From positions 7,316,001 to 7,380,000 of the forward strand of contig OZ176050.1 in the NCBI GenBank assembly GCA_964247055.1: a stretch of DNA of 64,000 bases, given 5' to 3'. Position 1 is the stretch's first letter. Every line of letters starts with the position of its first letter. The position numbers and the translations under genes were made by a program. The stretch is from Paragordius varius. Lineage: Eukaryota; Animalia; Nematomorpha. The notes below the pieces were generated by a model. It saw nothing but the letters and a program-made list of their open reading frames with translations. It searched no databases and had not been told where the DNA came from. Shown here one piece after another: positions 27,453 to 41,100 of this stretch.

Positions 27453-29528
27453 ATGACTAATACGGGATTAGTCAATTTTGATTTAAGCTCTGAGTTAGAT
27501 CCCGCTGAATATTCGGAATTAAAGTAAAATGGTTAAAAATTTAGAAATAAACGGCATGATTTGGCCACAAGTGAATTTAAATTTAAAAATGTACCAACTT
27601 TACAACCTGGAAAGAAAGTTTCTCGCAGAGATTTGGATCATAAAATAGAAAAAGAAGAAAGAATTTACACCAAAAGAAATTTATTACTGTTGGATGCATA
27701 CAGCCGTCATGTTAAAATGGTTAATGATTATATTGCTTATTATGGTGGCACTGTAAAGGAGTTTTTGCGGGACAAGTTTTTTTTGTGGATATATTTTTAG
27801 AACTAAAGATAAAAGTATAAGTGATGTGTTGCATGATACGCATCAATTTATTTGGGAGCCAAGTGATGCCACGGATACTTGGTATAAAATTTTTGTATGA
27901 TTACAAGGGCCAAGCGTTTAGCGAAAAAATATTACGACAGACTTTTTCACGAATATTGCATTGTCGATCTTTCGTATTATGAAAAAGGTAACATAGGAAT
28001 GAGATGGCGGACCCAAAAAGAAGTTGTACAGGGTAAAGGTCAATTTATTTGTGGCGAAAAGCATTGCGGAAACAAGGATCGTTTAGCCAGTTGGGAGGTT
28101 AGTTTCATCTACATGGAGAGCAATAAAAAGAAAGAAGCGTTAGTCAAAGCCCGTTTATGCCCACTTTGTTCTGTCAAATTGAACTATAAATATTTAAACA
28201 AAAGACCCCAAAAACGACGGAAGAAAAACGAGAAAAATGTGGAGACCCAAACACTTTCTGGTTCAGAATCATCAAGTTCATCATCATATGCAGAAGATTC
28301 TGAAAAAGAATTAAATTTATCCAATATAACAAACAATATTGACGAATTTTTGGATGAGATTAGAACCAATATTAAACAAAATACTTTATCAGAATCTACT
28401 ACGGTAAATTCAAAATCTGACACCTCATCACGAGATCAAAAAAATTTAAATATATGGAAACAACCAACATCTTTGCTTGAACCTGCAAACGATATTCAAG
28501 ATAAATCAAGGTGAGTTTTATATACGTTTTTGTATGATGAAAAATTGATGTATTGAAACATATGATGATTTGTTAATCTTCTCTCTGATTCAAACACATA
28601 GTTACATTTAACAAAAATAATTTTATAAATTAAGACCTACTAAAAATGAAAAATTAATGGTAGCGTAATAATTTAAAAAGTTCAACATATCTTTGAATAT
28701 TGTCTAATATTTTTTAAAAACGATTTTGATACTTTTATATCTTTTTATTCTAAATACCCCCATCTATGGTGTGAAGTTTCTATGTTTTCCAAATTTAGCC
28801 ATTTTTATATTACAAGCTCTAATTAAAAGATGAGATTTTTCAAAAGAAAAATGTAAATCGATTTTTGAAAGCTTGCCTATATTGTTATATGGTATTGCCA
28901 ATTTTATCAATTTTCAGGAAAAAAAGCAATATATAAATATTAAAATAATTGTTGATAGTTAGATAACCGATTTTTATACATAGGAACTTAATTAGTGTTT
29001 ATAATATATGCCAAGTTTTTAACACAGATGCTCTCGCTTTATTAAAAATAATTAAAATTACATAATTTGATAAAGGCGTTTTAAAATTTTGCTCCTATTC
29101 TATATATTAATAGTGGGCAAAATATAAAAATTACTTTTTACCGAATTTTTTTATATGCAATTTTTAAATTTTCAGAAAAATGTTAATATTTACAGCAGAT
29201 CCTTCAATTAAATGACTTTAAAATAATTTACTAAAATATATAGGCTAATCTTGATGATTATTGACTTTTCTGTTTTTCAGTCTACTTTTTAAGTTTAAAT
29301 AAGGAGTTTTTGGACATTTTAAAGCCTTAAAATATTGATGGATGTTGGATACATTTTTAAAAACCCAATATGAAGAGGTCGATGTTAATTTTAGGATCAC
29401 AAATATTATTATATATTTTTTGCATGGTTATTTTATTTCTAATTTTGAATAATCTTTTAACATATATTACTTATTTATTTGATAGAGAGGAAGAATTTGA
29501 TGAGTATTTCAAAGACATGTTCCTGTAA
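27453..29528 (+). CDS. FRA10AC1: FRA10AC1 homolog (spliceosome C-complex associated), 5 exons
   Basis: Exons 27453-27523, 27545-27775, 27801-27881, 27908-28510 and 29486-29528; introns 21, 25, 26 and 975 nt. Motifs DAYSRHVKMVNDY, HQFIWE, WAKRLAKKYYDRLFHEYCIVDLS, GMRWRTQKEVVQGKGQFICGEKHC, EALVKARLCPLCSVKLNY and C-terminal EEEFDEYFKDMFL*. The start codon is the least certain part. Confidence 0.95.
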
Positions 29529-30015
29529 AATTTATATTATTGTCTTATAAATAAATTATATAATTAATATATTTTATATAATATAAATTGTTAATAAAAT
29601 GATGTGTAAAGCCTTTAATCATCGTCCAAAGATTTCATCACCCGCTGTTTTTCGTATTCTCATTTGATAATTTGCATTTGGTTATATTATAACAAATTAA
29701 TCTGTAAAAGAGCATCAACTATATTACAAAAACATTTTTTACTTATGATAACTATTTAAGGCTTCAATATTTAAGGTTTATCAATGTAATCCTCTTTTTA
29801 ATATGACAGTCTTATTCAATATAAAATTTATAGGAACTGACTTAAATCGCAACAAAAATTTCTATGAATTATATATTTTAAATATTTATTACACATTGAT
29901 TGATTGAATTATAATAAAAAAATTAACCCATATAATACCGTATTTTGTATTACACTGTGCGTATCAAAGATGCCATGTTTATGAATCATATATCATTCGA
30001 TACCTAAATTTAGTA

Positions 30016-30385
30016 CAGTGGTTACCAACCTTCTTTGTTCAGGCTCCACCGAATTGAAAAAATCATGCTCCCCCCTCTTTATTCCCAAAAAAACAAAGAT
30101 TTGCATCTTCATTGAAATATTTTTTCCATATTGGGGACAACACATCTGCGATCTTCCTTAATTTCCAATTTGTTTTTTTGACCAAGGGTGAGAATCCAGT
30201 GTATAATTGATCCAAAAGGTATCGAAGTACATGAGGCAATTTGAGATAATTTTGGATGCAGGTTATGTGCTTTTATCCAAAATCTTACGATATAAAGATT
30301 AGCAAAGTAAATTTTAATAGTCGTATTTCAACTCTAATGCCTTTTCCTTTACTGAGAGATGGCGCTCTAAGAGGAATATGCTGCA
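30016..30385 (-). mobile_element. hAT (Charlie/Buster-like) 3' remnant with dimerisation-domain fragment
   Basis: Terminus CAGTGGTTACCAACC at 30016; minus-strand FWIKAHNLHPKLSQIA...IPFGS...KEDRRCVVPNMEKIF. Confidence 0.65.
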
Positions 30386-30480
30386 TCTATTATATATAAA
30401 AATGAATTTTTAGTTTTTTTGACGATCAAAGCAAATTGAAACTCTATCGAATTTGATTAAAATATCCTATTTAGTTTGAA
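30386..30480 (+). mobile_element. Helitron-like 5' end from a different family; 3' end not found
   Basis: A|TCTATTATATATAAAAATGAATTTTTAG directly abuts the hAT remnant. End coordinate is arbitrary. Confidence 0.45.
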
Positions 30481-30779
30481 AAAATATTTATTTAGTTTTA
30501 TAATAAAACTTTTTATTTAGGTATTGCACAAACAAAAGTTTATCCATTTTTATGCCGAAAAATGATCTTTAATAGGGTAGGGTCTGACTGATTCTGAATG
30601 CATTCAAAACCATGACTCTTAAAAACCCAGAAATGTCCTCTATCAATCATTTGTCATGATATAAATACAAATAAATTTTTTTATAATTTAAAAAAGGATA
30701 AAATAACTGTAAAATTAAATGTATAAAGTTTGTTTAGTGCTTATGGTCTACAAATAAGTCTATTAAAGTAAAAAAAAGA

Positions 30780-32010
30780 TGTTTTTTGAGAGACTAGATA
30801 AATCAGTGGCCCTCCATAAGCAAAGAAAGAAATTTTAATGTGGAGATTTATTGATCATTTGGCTCAAAGAAAGAATCTTATGAAATATGACACGGGGCAC
30901 ATCCTTAAACAATGAGGAGGGAGTTAATTTGACTAGATACGCACAATTTCAAATTTGGCTCGAACAAACATGTTTTTTGATAAAAGTGAAAGTTATTTGA
31001 TAGCCTAAAAAGCTGTAATTAATAAATTTTATTAGTTCCGTGAGATTCTGGGAGACTGTAAGTTTATATTAAATTTAAATTCATGAAGTGATGACTGGGT
31101 TAAGTCAGCCAAACCATTAATGCCGAGACACAAATTGTGTGTTGAAAGCGGGTAAATTCCAAGTATACAGAGACGCATGGTTCTATAAACGGGTAATAAT
31201 ACAATCACCAGAAAAGGGTAAGGCCTTTGACAACTGGGGACATAGTGGTGATAGTGATGAAATATATGTTTAAAGAGGAAATTGAAGAAATTATTTGTCA
31301 GATTAAGAAAAAGGTGCATTTATTATATAAGTTAAATAAACAGTTTAAATTTAGTCAAACTTGTGTAACCAAATAAGCCCCTATCGCAAACGATTAAAAT
31401 GTCTCAGAAAACGTTCAGAAATATAATAGCGATACTAGGAAATCAAATCAGTTTCAAGCCACGAAAGACAACTATGGACACTGTACATGCAGTTAGGAGG
31501 TTTAATATAAAGAAGAATAAGTTGCACGGGGTTTCGATTAATAGGAAAAAGCGATTGACAGGACTCCAAGAAGACTATTTTATCTCTTCAAGACTATTTA
31601 AACACTTTGGAATAAATCATGGCGTCTACGAAGGGTTTTTGTGCGTTATTTTGATTAAAGGTTAGGTTAGTATTTTATGTAGTTTATATATATTGATAAT
31701 ATATTCACTACGTTAGATTCACTGGGTGAGTTTGAATGCGGTCTGAAAGTCGATAGTTTTGGTGGTTAGCAACATAAAATGGATGATACGAGTTGGATTT
31801 TGAATGGTAGAAAAAGAAACAAATTTGGGGGAACATAAGTTTAGATAGATCGCTAACTGACTATATGAATTAAATAATTAAGAGCATTTGGGTAAAAATT
31901 TTGAGTCTTTTGCGATAGTAAATGGAAAATACAGCCCGTAACAGAAGTGGGGTGTCAAAATTTCCGAAAAAGTCATTTAATGTAACCAAAATGAAAATGG
32001 GTAGTATGAT
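30780..32010 (+). mobile_element. Decayed RTE-clade LINE, left part (split by the hAT)
   Basis: GNQISFKPRKTTMDTVHAVRR...KNKLHGVSIN resembles the RT motif QFGFMPGKSTTDAIFAVR...KLHMVFIDLEKAFD; ends ...TKMKMGSM at the TSD. Confidence 0.75.
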
Positions 32011-32136
32011 TAAGGTGACCAGATTTTTTGAAGGAAAAAGCGGGACAAATCTGAGAAGGGAGTGGGTCATTGGGGGATACAACCAAAATATTTTATACAA
32101 AAAATTTATTGTAATATTTATTTATTTTTAACAAAA

Positions 32137-35100
32137 TCTATATATTTATAAAAATGGAAAATGCTGGCTTTGTGATCTGGTACAGGAAAACCGGTAGACC
32201 CAATCAAATCCAAATATCGAAAAAATATAATCATTAATAAATGTCCCGACAATAGCTTCGCCCTTTTTTTGAAATAGGCCCCCAGTTCGGGCCCACCCCG
32301 TATGAAAAACGGGTTTTTTTTGAAAACAGAAGTCCACGAAATCGTGTTTTTGAGACAATTTTCCGGAGAACGTGTTGGACCATTCAATTTCAAATATAAT
32401 TTTTGTTTACTTATTTTCGATTGCGCCGAACATAGTCGAGCCACTTTTTTGATTTAGGCCCTCTTTTTACCCGCTCCCCCCGTAAAATGCCATTTTTTTC
32501 AAAAAACAAAGTCCACAAAAATAATTTTCTAAATCGATTTTTCGCCCTAGGTATGAGACCGTAAAAATTCAATAAAGATTCCACGTATTCCCTGTTAAAA
32601 GGCAAAAATTTTAGTCCACCGTTTATTTGATGATAACTGCTGGGTAAGGAGCTACCCGCTAAAAACTGATTTTTCATATAACTTTGTGAACTGTTTCCGG
32701 AAAACCGGTGATCCCAATCAAATCCAAATATCGAAAAAATATAATCATTAATAAATGTCCCGACAATAGCTTCGCCCTTTTTTTGAAATAGGCCCCCAGT
32801 TCGGGCCCACCCCGTATGAAAAATGGGTTAAGTCAATTTTTTGGAGAACGTGTTGGACCATTCAATTTCAAATATGAATTTTGTTTACTTATTTTTGATC
32901 GCGCTAAACATAGTCGAGTCACTTTTTTGATTTAGGCCCTCTTTTTACCCGCTCCCCCCGTAAATGCCATTTTTTTCAAAAAAAACAAAGTCCACAAAAA
33001 TATTTTTTTGATTGTATTTTTTTGCCCACGGTATGAGACTGTAAAAATTCGAGAAAGATTTTTCGTATTGCCTGTTAAAAGGCAAAAATTTTAGTCAAGC
33101 GTTTCTTTGATGATAGATGCTGAGTAAGGAGGATCTATCATATGCATAGCATGTTAAAAGATATATGGATATTAATACATTATTTATCCTCATCTATATA
33201 TTTATAAAAATGGAAAATGCTGGCTTTGTGATCTGGTACAGGAAAACCGGTAGACCCAATCAAATCCAAATATCGAAAAAATATAATCATTAATAAATGT
33301 CCCGACAATAGCTTCGCCCTTTTTTTGAAATAGGCCCCCAGTTCGGGCCCACCCCGTATGAAAAACGGGTTTTTTTTGAAAACACAAGTCCACGAAATCG
33401 TGTTTTTGAGACAATTTTCCGGAGAACGTGTTGGACCATTCAATTTCAAATATAATTTTTGTTTACTTATTTTCGATTGCGCCGAACATAGTCGAGCCAC
33501 TTTTTTGATTTAGGCCCTCTTTTTACCCGCTCCCCCCGTAAAATGCCATTTTTTTCAAAAAACAAAGTCCACAAAAATAATTTTCTAAATCGATTTTTCG
33601 CCCTAGGTATGAGACCGTAAAAATTCAATAAAGATTCCACGTATTCCCTGTTAAAAGGCAAAAATTTTAGTCCACCGTTTATTTGATGATAACTGCTGGG
33701 TAAGGAGCTACCCGCTAAAAACTGATTTTTCATATAACTTTGTGAACTGTTTCCGGAAAACCGGTGATCCCAATCAAATCCAAATATCGAAAAAATATAA
33801 TCATTAATAAATGTCCCGACAATAGCTTCGCCCTTTTTTTGAAATAGGCCCCCAGTTCGGGCCCACCCCGTATGAAAAATGGGTTAAGTCAATTTTTTGG
33901 AGAACGTGTTGGACCATTCAATTTCAAATATGAATTTTGTTTACTTATTTTTGATCGCGCTAAACATAGTCGAGTCACTTTTTTGATTTAGGCCCTCTTT
34001 TTACCCGCTCCCCCCGTAAATGCCATTTTTTTCAAAAAAAACAAAGTCCACAAAAATATTTTTTTGATTGTATTTTTTTGCCCACGGTATGAGACTGTAA
34101 AAATTCGAGAAAGATTTTTCGTATTGCCTGTTAAAAGGCAAAAATTTTAGTCAAGCGTTTCTTTGATGATAGATGCTGAGTAAGGAGGATCTATCATATG
34201 CATAGCATGTTAAAAGATATATGGATATTAATACATTATTTATCCTCATCTATATATTTATAAAAATGGAAAATGCTGGCTTTGTGATCTGGTACAGGAA
34301 AACCGGTAGACCCAATCAAATCCAAATATCGAAAAAATATAATCATTAATAAATGTCCCGACAATAGCTTCGCCCTTTTTTTGAAATAGGCCCCCAGTTC
34401 GGGCCCACCCCGTATGAAAAACGGGTTTTTTTTGAAAACACAAGTCCACGAAATCGTGTTTTTGAGACAATTTTCCGGAGAACGTGTTGGACCATTCAAT
34501 TTCAAATATAATTTTTGTTTACTTATTTTCGATTGCGCCGAACATAGTCGAGCCACTTTTTTGATTTAGGCCCTCTTTTTACCCGCTCCCCCCGTAAAAT
34601 GCCATTTTTTTCAAAAAACAAAGTCCACAAAAATAATTTTCTAAATCGATTTTTCGCCCTAGGTATGAGACCGTAAAAATTCAATAAAGATTCCACGTAT
34701 TCCCTGTTAAAAGGCAAAAATTTTAGTCCACCGTTTATTTGATGATAACTGCTGGGTAAGGAGCTACCCGCTAAAAACTGATTTTTCATATAACTTTGTG
34801 AACTGTTTCCGGAAAACCGGTGATCCCAATCAAATCCAAATATCGAAAAAATATAATCATTAATAAATGTCCCGACAATAGCTTCGCCCTTTTTTTGAAA
34901 TAGGCCCCCAGTTCGGGCCCACCCCGTATGAAAAACGGGTTAAGTCAATTTTTTGGAGAACGTGTTGGACCATTCAATTTCAAATATGAATTTTGTTTAC
35001 TTATTTTTGATCGCGCTAAACATAGTCGAGTCACTTTTTTGATTTAGGCCCTCTTTTTACCCGCTCCCCCCGTAAATGCCATTTTTTTCAAAAAAAACAA

Positions 35101-38100
35101 AGTCCACAAAAATATTTTTTTGATTGTATTTTTTTGCCCACGGTATGAGACTGTAAAAATTCGAGAAAGATTTTTCGTATTGCCTGTTAAAAGGCAAAAA
35201 TTTTAGTCAAGCGTTTCTTTGATGATAGATGCTGAGTAAGGAGGATCTATCATATGCATAGCATGTTAAAAGATATATGGATATTAATACATTATTTATC
35301 CTCATCTATATATTTATAAAAATGGAAAATGCTGGCTTTGTGATCTGGTACAGGAAAACCGGTAGACCCAATCAAATCCAAATATCGAAAAAATATAATC
35401 ATTAATAAATGTCCCGACAATAGCTTCGCCCTTTTTTTGAAATAGGCCCCCAGTTCGGGCCCACCCCGTATGAAAAACGGGTTTTTTTTGAAAACACAAG
35501 TCCACGAAATCGTGTTTTTGAGACAATTTTCCGGAGAACGTGTTGGACCATTCAATTTCAAATATAATTTTTGTTTACTTATTTTCGATTGCGCCGAACA
35601 TAGTCGAGCCACTTTTTTGATTTAGGCCCTCTTTTTACCCGCTCCCCCCGTAAAATGCCATTTTTTTCAAAAAACAAAGTCCACAAAAATAATTTTCTAA
35701 ATCGATTTTTCGCCCTAGGTATGAGACCGTAAAAATTCAATAAAGATTCCACGTATTCCCTGTTAAAAGGCAAAAATTTTAGTCCACCGTTTATTTGATG
35801 ATAACTGCTGGGTAAGGAGCTACCCGCTAAAAACTGATTTTTCATATAACTTTGTGAACTGTTTCCGGAAAACCGGTGATCCCAATCAAATCCAAATATC
35901 GAAAAAATATAATCATTAATAAATGTCCCGACAATAGCTTCGCCCTTTTTTTGAAATAGGCCCCCAGTTCGGGCCCACCCCGTATGAAAAATGGGTTAAG
36001 TCAATTTTTTGGAGAACGTGTTGGACCATTCAATTTCAAATATGAATTTTGTTTACTTATTTTTGATCGCGCTAAACATAGTCGAGTCACTTTTTTGATT
36101 TAGGCCCTCTTTTTACCCGCTCCCCCCGTAAATGCCATTTTTTTCAAAAAAAACAAAGTCCACAAAAATATTTTTTTGATTGTATTTTTTTGCCCACGGT
36201 ATGAGACTGTAAAAATTCGAGAAAGATTTTTCGTATTGCCTGTTAAAAGGCAAAAATTTTAGTCAAGCGTTTCTTTGATGATAGATGCTGAGTAAGGAGT
36301 ATCTATCATATGCATAGCATGTTAAAAGATATATGGATATTAATACATTATTTATCCTCATCTATATATTTATAAAAATGGAAAATGCTGGCTTTGTGAT
36401 CTGGTACAGGAAAACCGGTAGACCCAATCAAATCCAAATATCGAAAAAATATAATCATTAATAAATGTCCCGACAATAGCTTCGCCCTTTTTTTGAAATA
36501 GGCCCCCAGTTCGGGCCCACCCCGTATGAAAAACGGGTTTTTTTTGAAAACACAAGTCCACGAAATCGTGTTTTTGAGACAATTTTCCGGAGAACGTGTT
36601 GGACCATTCAATTTCAAATATAATTTTTGTTTACTTATTTTCGATTGCGCCGAACATAGTCGAGCCACTTTTTTGATTTAGGCCCTCTTTTTACCCGCTC
36701 CCCCCGTAAAATGCCATTTTTTTCAAAAAACAAAGTCCACAAAAATAATTTTCTAAATCGATTTTTCGCCCTAGGTATGAGACCGTAAAAATTCAATAAA
36801 GATTCCACGTATTCCCTGTTAAAAGGCAAAAATTTTAGTCCACCGTTTATTTGATGATAACTGCTGGGTAAGGAGCTACCCGCTAAAAACTGATTTTTCA
36901 TATAACTTTGTGAACTGTTTCCGGAAAACCGGTGATCCCAATCAAATCCAAATATCGAAAAAATATAATCATTAATAAATGTCCCGACAATAGCTTCGCC
37001 CTTTTTTTGAAATAGGCCCCCAGTTCGGGCCCACCCCGTATGAAAAATGGGTTAAGTCAATTTTTTGGAGAACGTGTTGGACCATTCAATTTCAAATATG
37101 AATTTTGTTTACTTATTTTTGATCGCGCTAAACATAGTCGAGTCACTTTTTTGATTTAGGCCCTCTTTTTACCCGCTCCCCCCGTAAATGCCATTTTTTT
37201 CAAAAAAAACAAAGTCCACAAAAATATTTTTTTGATTGTATTTTTTTGCCCACGGTATGAGACTGTAAAAATTCGAGAAAGATTTTTCGTATTGCCTGTT
37301 AAAAGGCAAAAATTTTAGTCAAGCGTTTCTTTGATGATAGATGCTGAGTAAGGAGTATCTATCATATGCATAGCATGTTAAAAGATATATGGATATTAAT
37401 ACATTATTTATCCTCATCTATATATTTATAAAAATGGAAAATGCTGGCTTTGTGATCTGGTACAGGAAAACCGGTAGACCCAATCAAATCCAAATATCGA
37501 AAAAATATAATCATTAATAAATGTCCCGACAATAGCTTCGCCCTTTTTTTGAAATAGGCCCCCAGTTCGGGCCCACCCCGTATGAAAAACGGGTTTTTTT
37601 TGAAAACACAAGTCCACGAAATCGTGTTTTTGAGACAATTTTCCGGAGAACGTGTTGGACCATTCAATTTCAAATATAATTTTTGTTTACTTATTTTCGA
37701 TTGCGCCGAACATAGTCGAGCCACTTTTTTGATTTAGGCCCTCTTTTTACCCGCTCCCCCCGTAAAATGCCATTTTTTTCAAAAAACAAAGTCCACAAAA
37801 ATAATTTTCTAAATCGATTTTTCGCCCTAGGTATGAGACCGTAAAAATTCAATAAAGATTCCACGTATTCCCTGTTAAAAGGCAAAAATTTTAGTCCACC
37901 GTTTATTTGATGATAACTGCTGGGTAAGGAGCTACCCGCTAAAAACTGATTTTTCATATAACTTTGTGAACTGTTTCCGGAAAACCGGTGATCCCAATCA
38001 AATCCAAATATCGAAAAAATATAATCATTAATAAATGTCCCGACAATAGCTTCGCCCTTTTTTTGAAATAGGCCCCCAGTTCGGGCCCACCCCGTATGAA

Positions 38101-41100
38101 AAATGGGTTAAGTCAATTTTTTGGAGAACGTGTTGGACCATTCAATTTCAAATATGAATTTTGTTTACTTATTTTTGATCGCGCTAAACATAGTCGAGTC
38201 ACTTTTTTGATTTAGGCCCTCTTTTTACCCGCTCCCCCCGTAAATGCCATTTTTTTCAAAAAAAACAAAGTCCACAAAAATATTTTTTTGATTGTATTTT
38301 TTTGCCCACGGTATGAGACTGTAAAAATTCGAGAAAGATTTTTCGTATTGCCTGTTAAAAGGCAAAAATTTTAGTCAAGCGTTTCTTTGATGATAGATGC
38401 TGAGTAAGGAGGATCTATCATATGCATAGCATGTTAAAAGATATATGGATATTAATACATTATTTATCCTCATCTATATATTTATAAAAATGGAAAATGC
38501 TGGCTTTGTGATCTGGTACAGGAAAACCGGTAGACCCAATCAAATCCAAATATCGAAAAAATATAATCATTAATAAATGTCCCGACAATAGCTTCGCCCT
38601 TTTTTTGAAATAGGCCCCCAGTTCGGGCCCACCCCGTATGAAAAACGGGTTTTTTTTGAAAACAGAAGTCCACAAAATCGTGTTTTTGAGACAATTTTCC
38701 GGAGAACGTGTTGGACCATTCAATTTCAAATATAATTTTTGTTTACTTATTTTCGATTGCGCCGAACATAGTGGAGCCACTTTTTTGATTTAGGCCCTCT
38801 TTTTACCCGCTCCCCCCGTAAAATGCCATTTTTTTCAAAAAACAAAGTCCACAAAAATAATTTTCTAAATCGATTTTTCGCCCTAGGTATGAGACCGTAA
38901 AAATTCAATAAAGATTCCACGTATTCCCTGTTAAAAGGCAAAAATTTTAGTCCACCGTTTATTTGATGATAACTGCTGGGTAAGGAGCTACCCGCTAAAA
39001 ACTGATTTTTCATATAACTTTGTGAACTGTTTCCGGAAAACCGGTGATCCCAATCAAATCCAAATATCGAAAAAATATAATCATTAATAAATGTCCCGAC
39101 AATAGCTTCGCCCTTTTTTTGAAATAGGCCCCCAGTTCGGGCCCACCCCGTATGAAAAACGGGTTAAGTCAATTTTTTGGAGAACGTGTTGGACCATTCA
39201 ATTTCAAATATGAATTTTGTTTACTTATTTTTGATCGCGCTAAACATAGTCGAGTCACTTTTTTGATTTAGGCCCTCTTTTTACCCGCTCCCCCCGTAAA
39301 TGCCATTTTTTTCAAAAAAAACAAAGTCCACAAAAATATTTTTTTGATTGTATTTTTTTGCCCACGGTATGAGACTGTAAAAATTCGAGAAAGATTTTTC
39401 GTATTGCCTGTTAAAAGGCAAAAATTTTAGTCAAGCGTTTCTTTGATGATAGATGCTGAGTAAGGAGGATCTATCATATGCATAGCATGTTAAAAGATAT
39501 ATGGATATTAATACATTATTTATCCTCATCTATATATTTATAAAAATGGAAAATGCTGGCTTTGTGATCTGGTACAGGAAAACCGGTAGACCCAATCAAA
39601 TCCAAATATCGAAAAAATATAATCATTAATAAATGTCCCGACAATAGCTTCGCCCTTTTTTTGAAATAGGCCCCCAGTTCGGGCCCACCCCGTATGAAAA
39701 ACGGGTTTTTTTTGAAAACAGAAGTCCACAAAATCGTGTTTTTGAGACAATTTTCCGGAGAACGTGTTGGACCATTCAATTTCAAATATAATTTTTGTTT
39801 ACTTATTTTCGATTGCGCCGAACATAGTGGAGCCACTTTTTTGATTTAGGCCCTCTTTTTACCCGCTCCCCCCGTAAAATGCCATTTTTTTCAAAAAACA
39901 AAGTCCACAAAAATAATTTTCTAAATCGATTTTTCGCCCTAGGTATGAGACCGTAAAAATTCAATAAAGATTCCACGTATTACCTGTTAAAAGGCAAAAA
40001 TTTTAGTCCACCGTTTATTTGATGATAACTGCTGGGTAAGGAGCTACCCGCTAAAAACTGATTTTTCATATAACTTTGTGAACTGTTTCCGGAAAACCGG
40101 TGATCCCAATCAAATCCAAATATCGAAAAAATATAATCATTAATAAATGTCCCGACAATAGCTTCGCCCTTTTTTTGAAATAGGCCCCCAGTTCGGGCCC
40201 ACCCCGTATGAAAAATGGGTTAAGTCAATTTTTTGGAGAACGTGTTGGACCATTCAATTTCAAATATGAATTTTGTTTACTTATTTTTGATCGCGCTAAA
40301 CATAGTCGAGTCACTTTTTTGATTTAGGCCCTCTTTTTACCCGCTCCCCCCGTAAATGCCATTTTTTTCAAAAAAAACAAAGTCCACAAAAATATTTTTT
40401 TGATTGTATTTTTTTGCCCACGGTATGAGACTGTAAAAATTCGAGAAAGATTTTTCGTATTGCCTGTTAAAAGGCAAAAATTTTAGTCAAGCGTTTCTTT
40501 GATGATAGATGCTGAGTAAGGAGGATCTATCATATGCATAGCATGTTAAAAGATATATGGATATTAATACATTATTTATCCTCATCTATATATTTATAAA
40601 AATGGAAAATGCTGGCTTTGTGATCTGGTACAGGAAAACCGGTAGACCCAATCAAATCCAAATATCGAAAAAATATAATCATTAATAAATGTCCCGACAA
40701 TAGCTTCGCCCTTTTTTTGAAATAGGCCCCCAGTTCGGGCCCACCCCGTATGAAAAACGGGTTTTTTTTGAAAACACAAGTCCACAAAATCGTGTTTTTG
40801 AGACAATTTTCCGGAGAACGTGTTGGACCATTCAATTTCAAATATAATTTTTGTTTACTTATTTTCGATTGCGCCGAACATAGTGGAGCCACTTTTTTGA
40901 TTTAGGCCCTCTTTTTACCCGCTCCCCCCGTAAAATGCCATTTTTTTCAAAAAACAAAGTCCACAAAAATAATTTTCTAAATCGATTTTTCGCCCTAGGT
41001 ATGAGACCGTAAAAATTCAATAAAGATTCCACGTATTCCCTGTTAAAAGGCAAAAATTTTAGTCCACCGTTTATTTGATGATAACTGCTGGGTAAGGAGC

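Noticed and set aside
28184-28423. Minus-strand 79-aa ORF
   Set aside because: Antisense shadow of FRA10AC1 exon 4.
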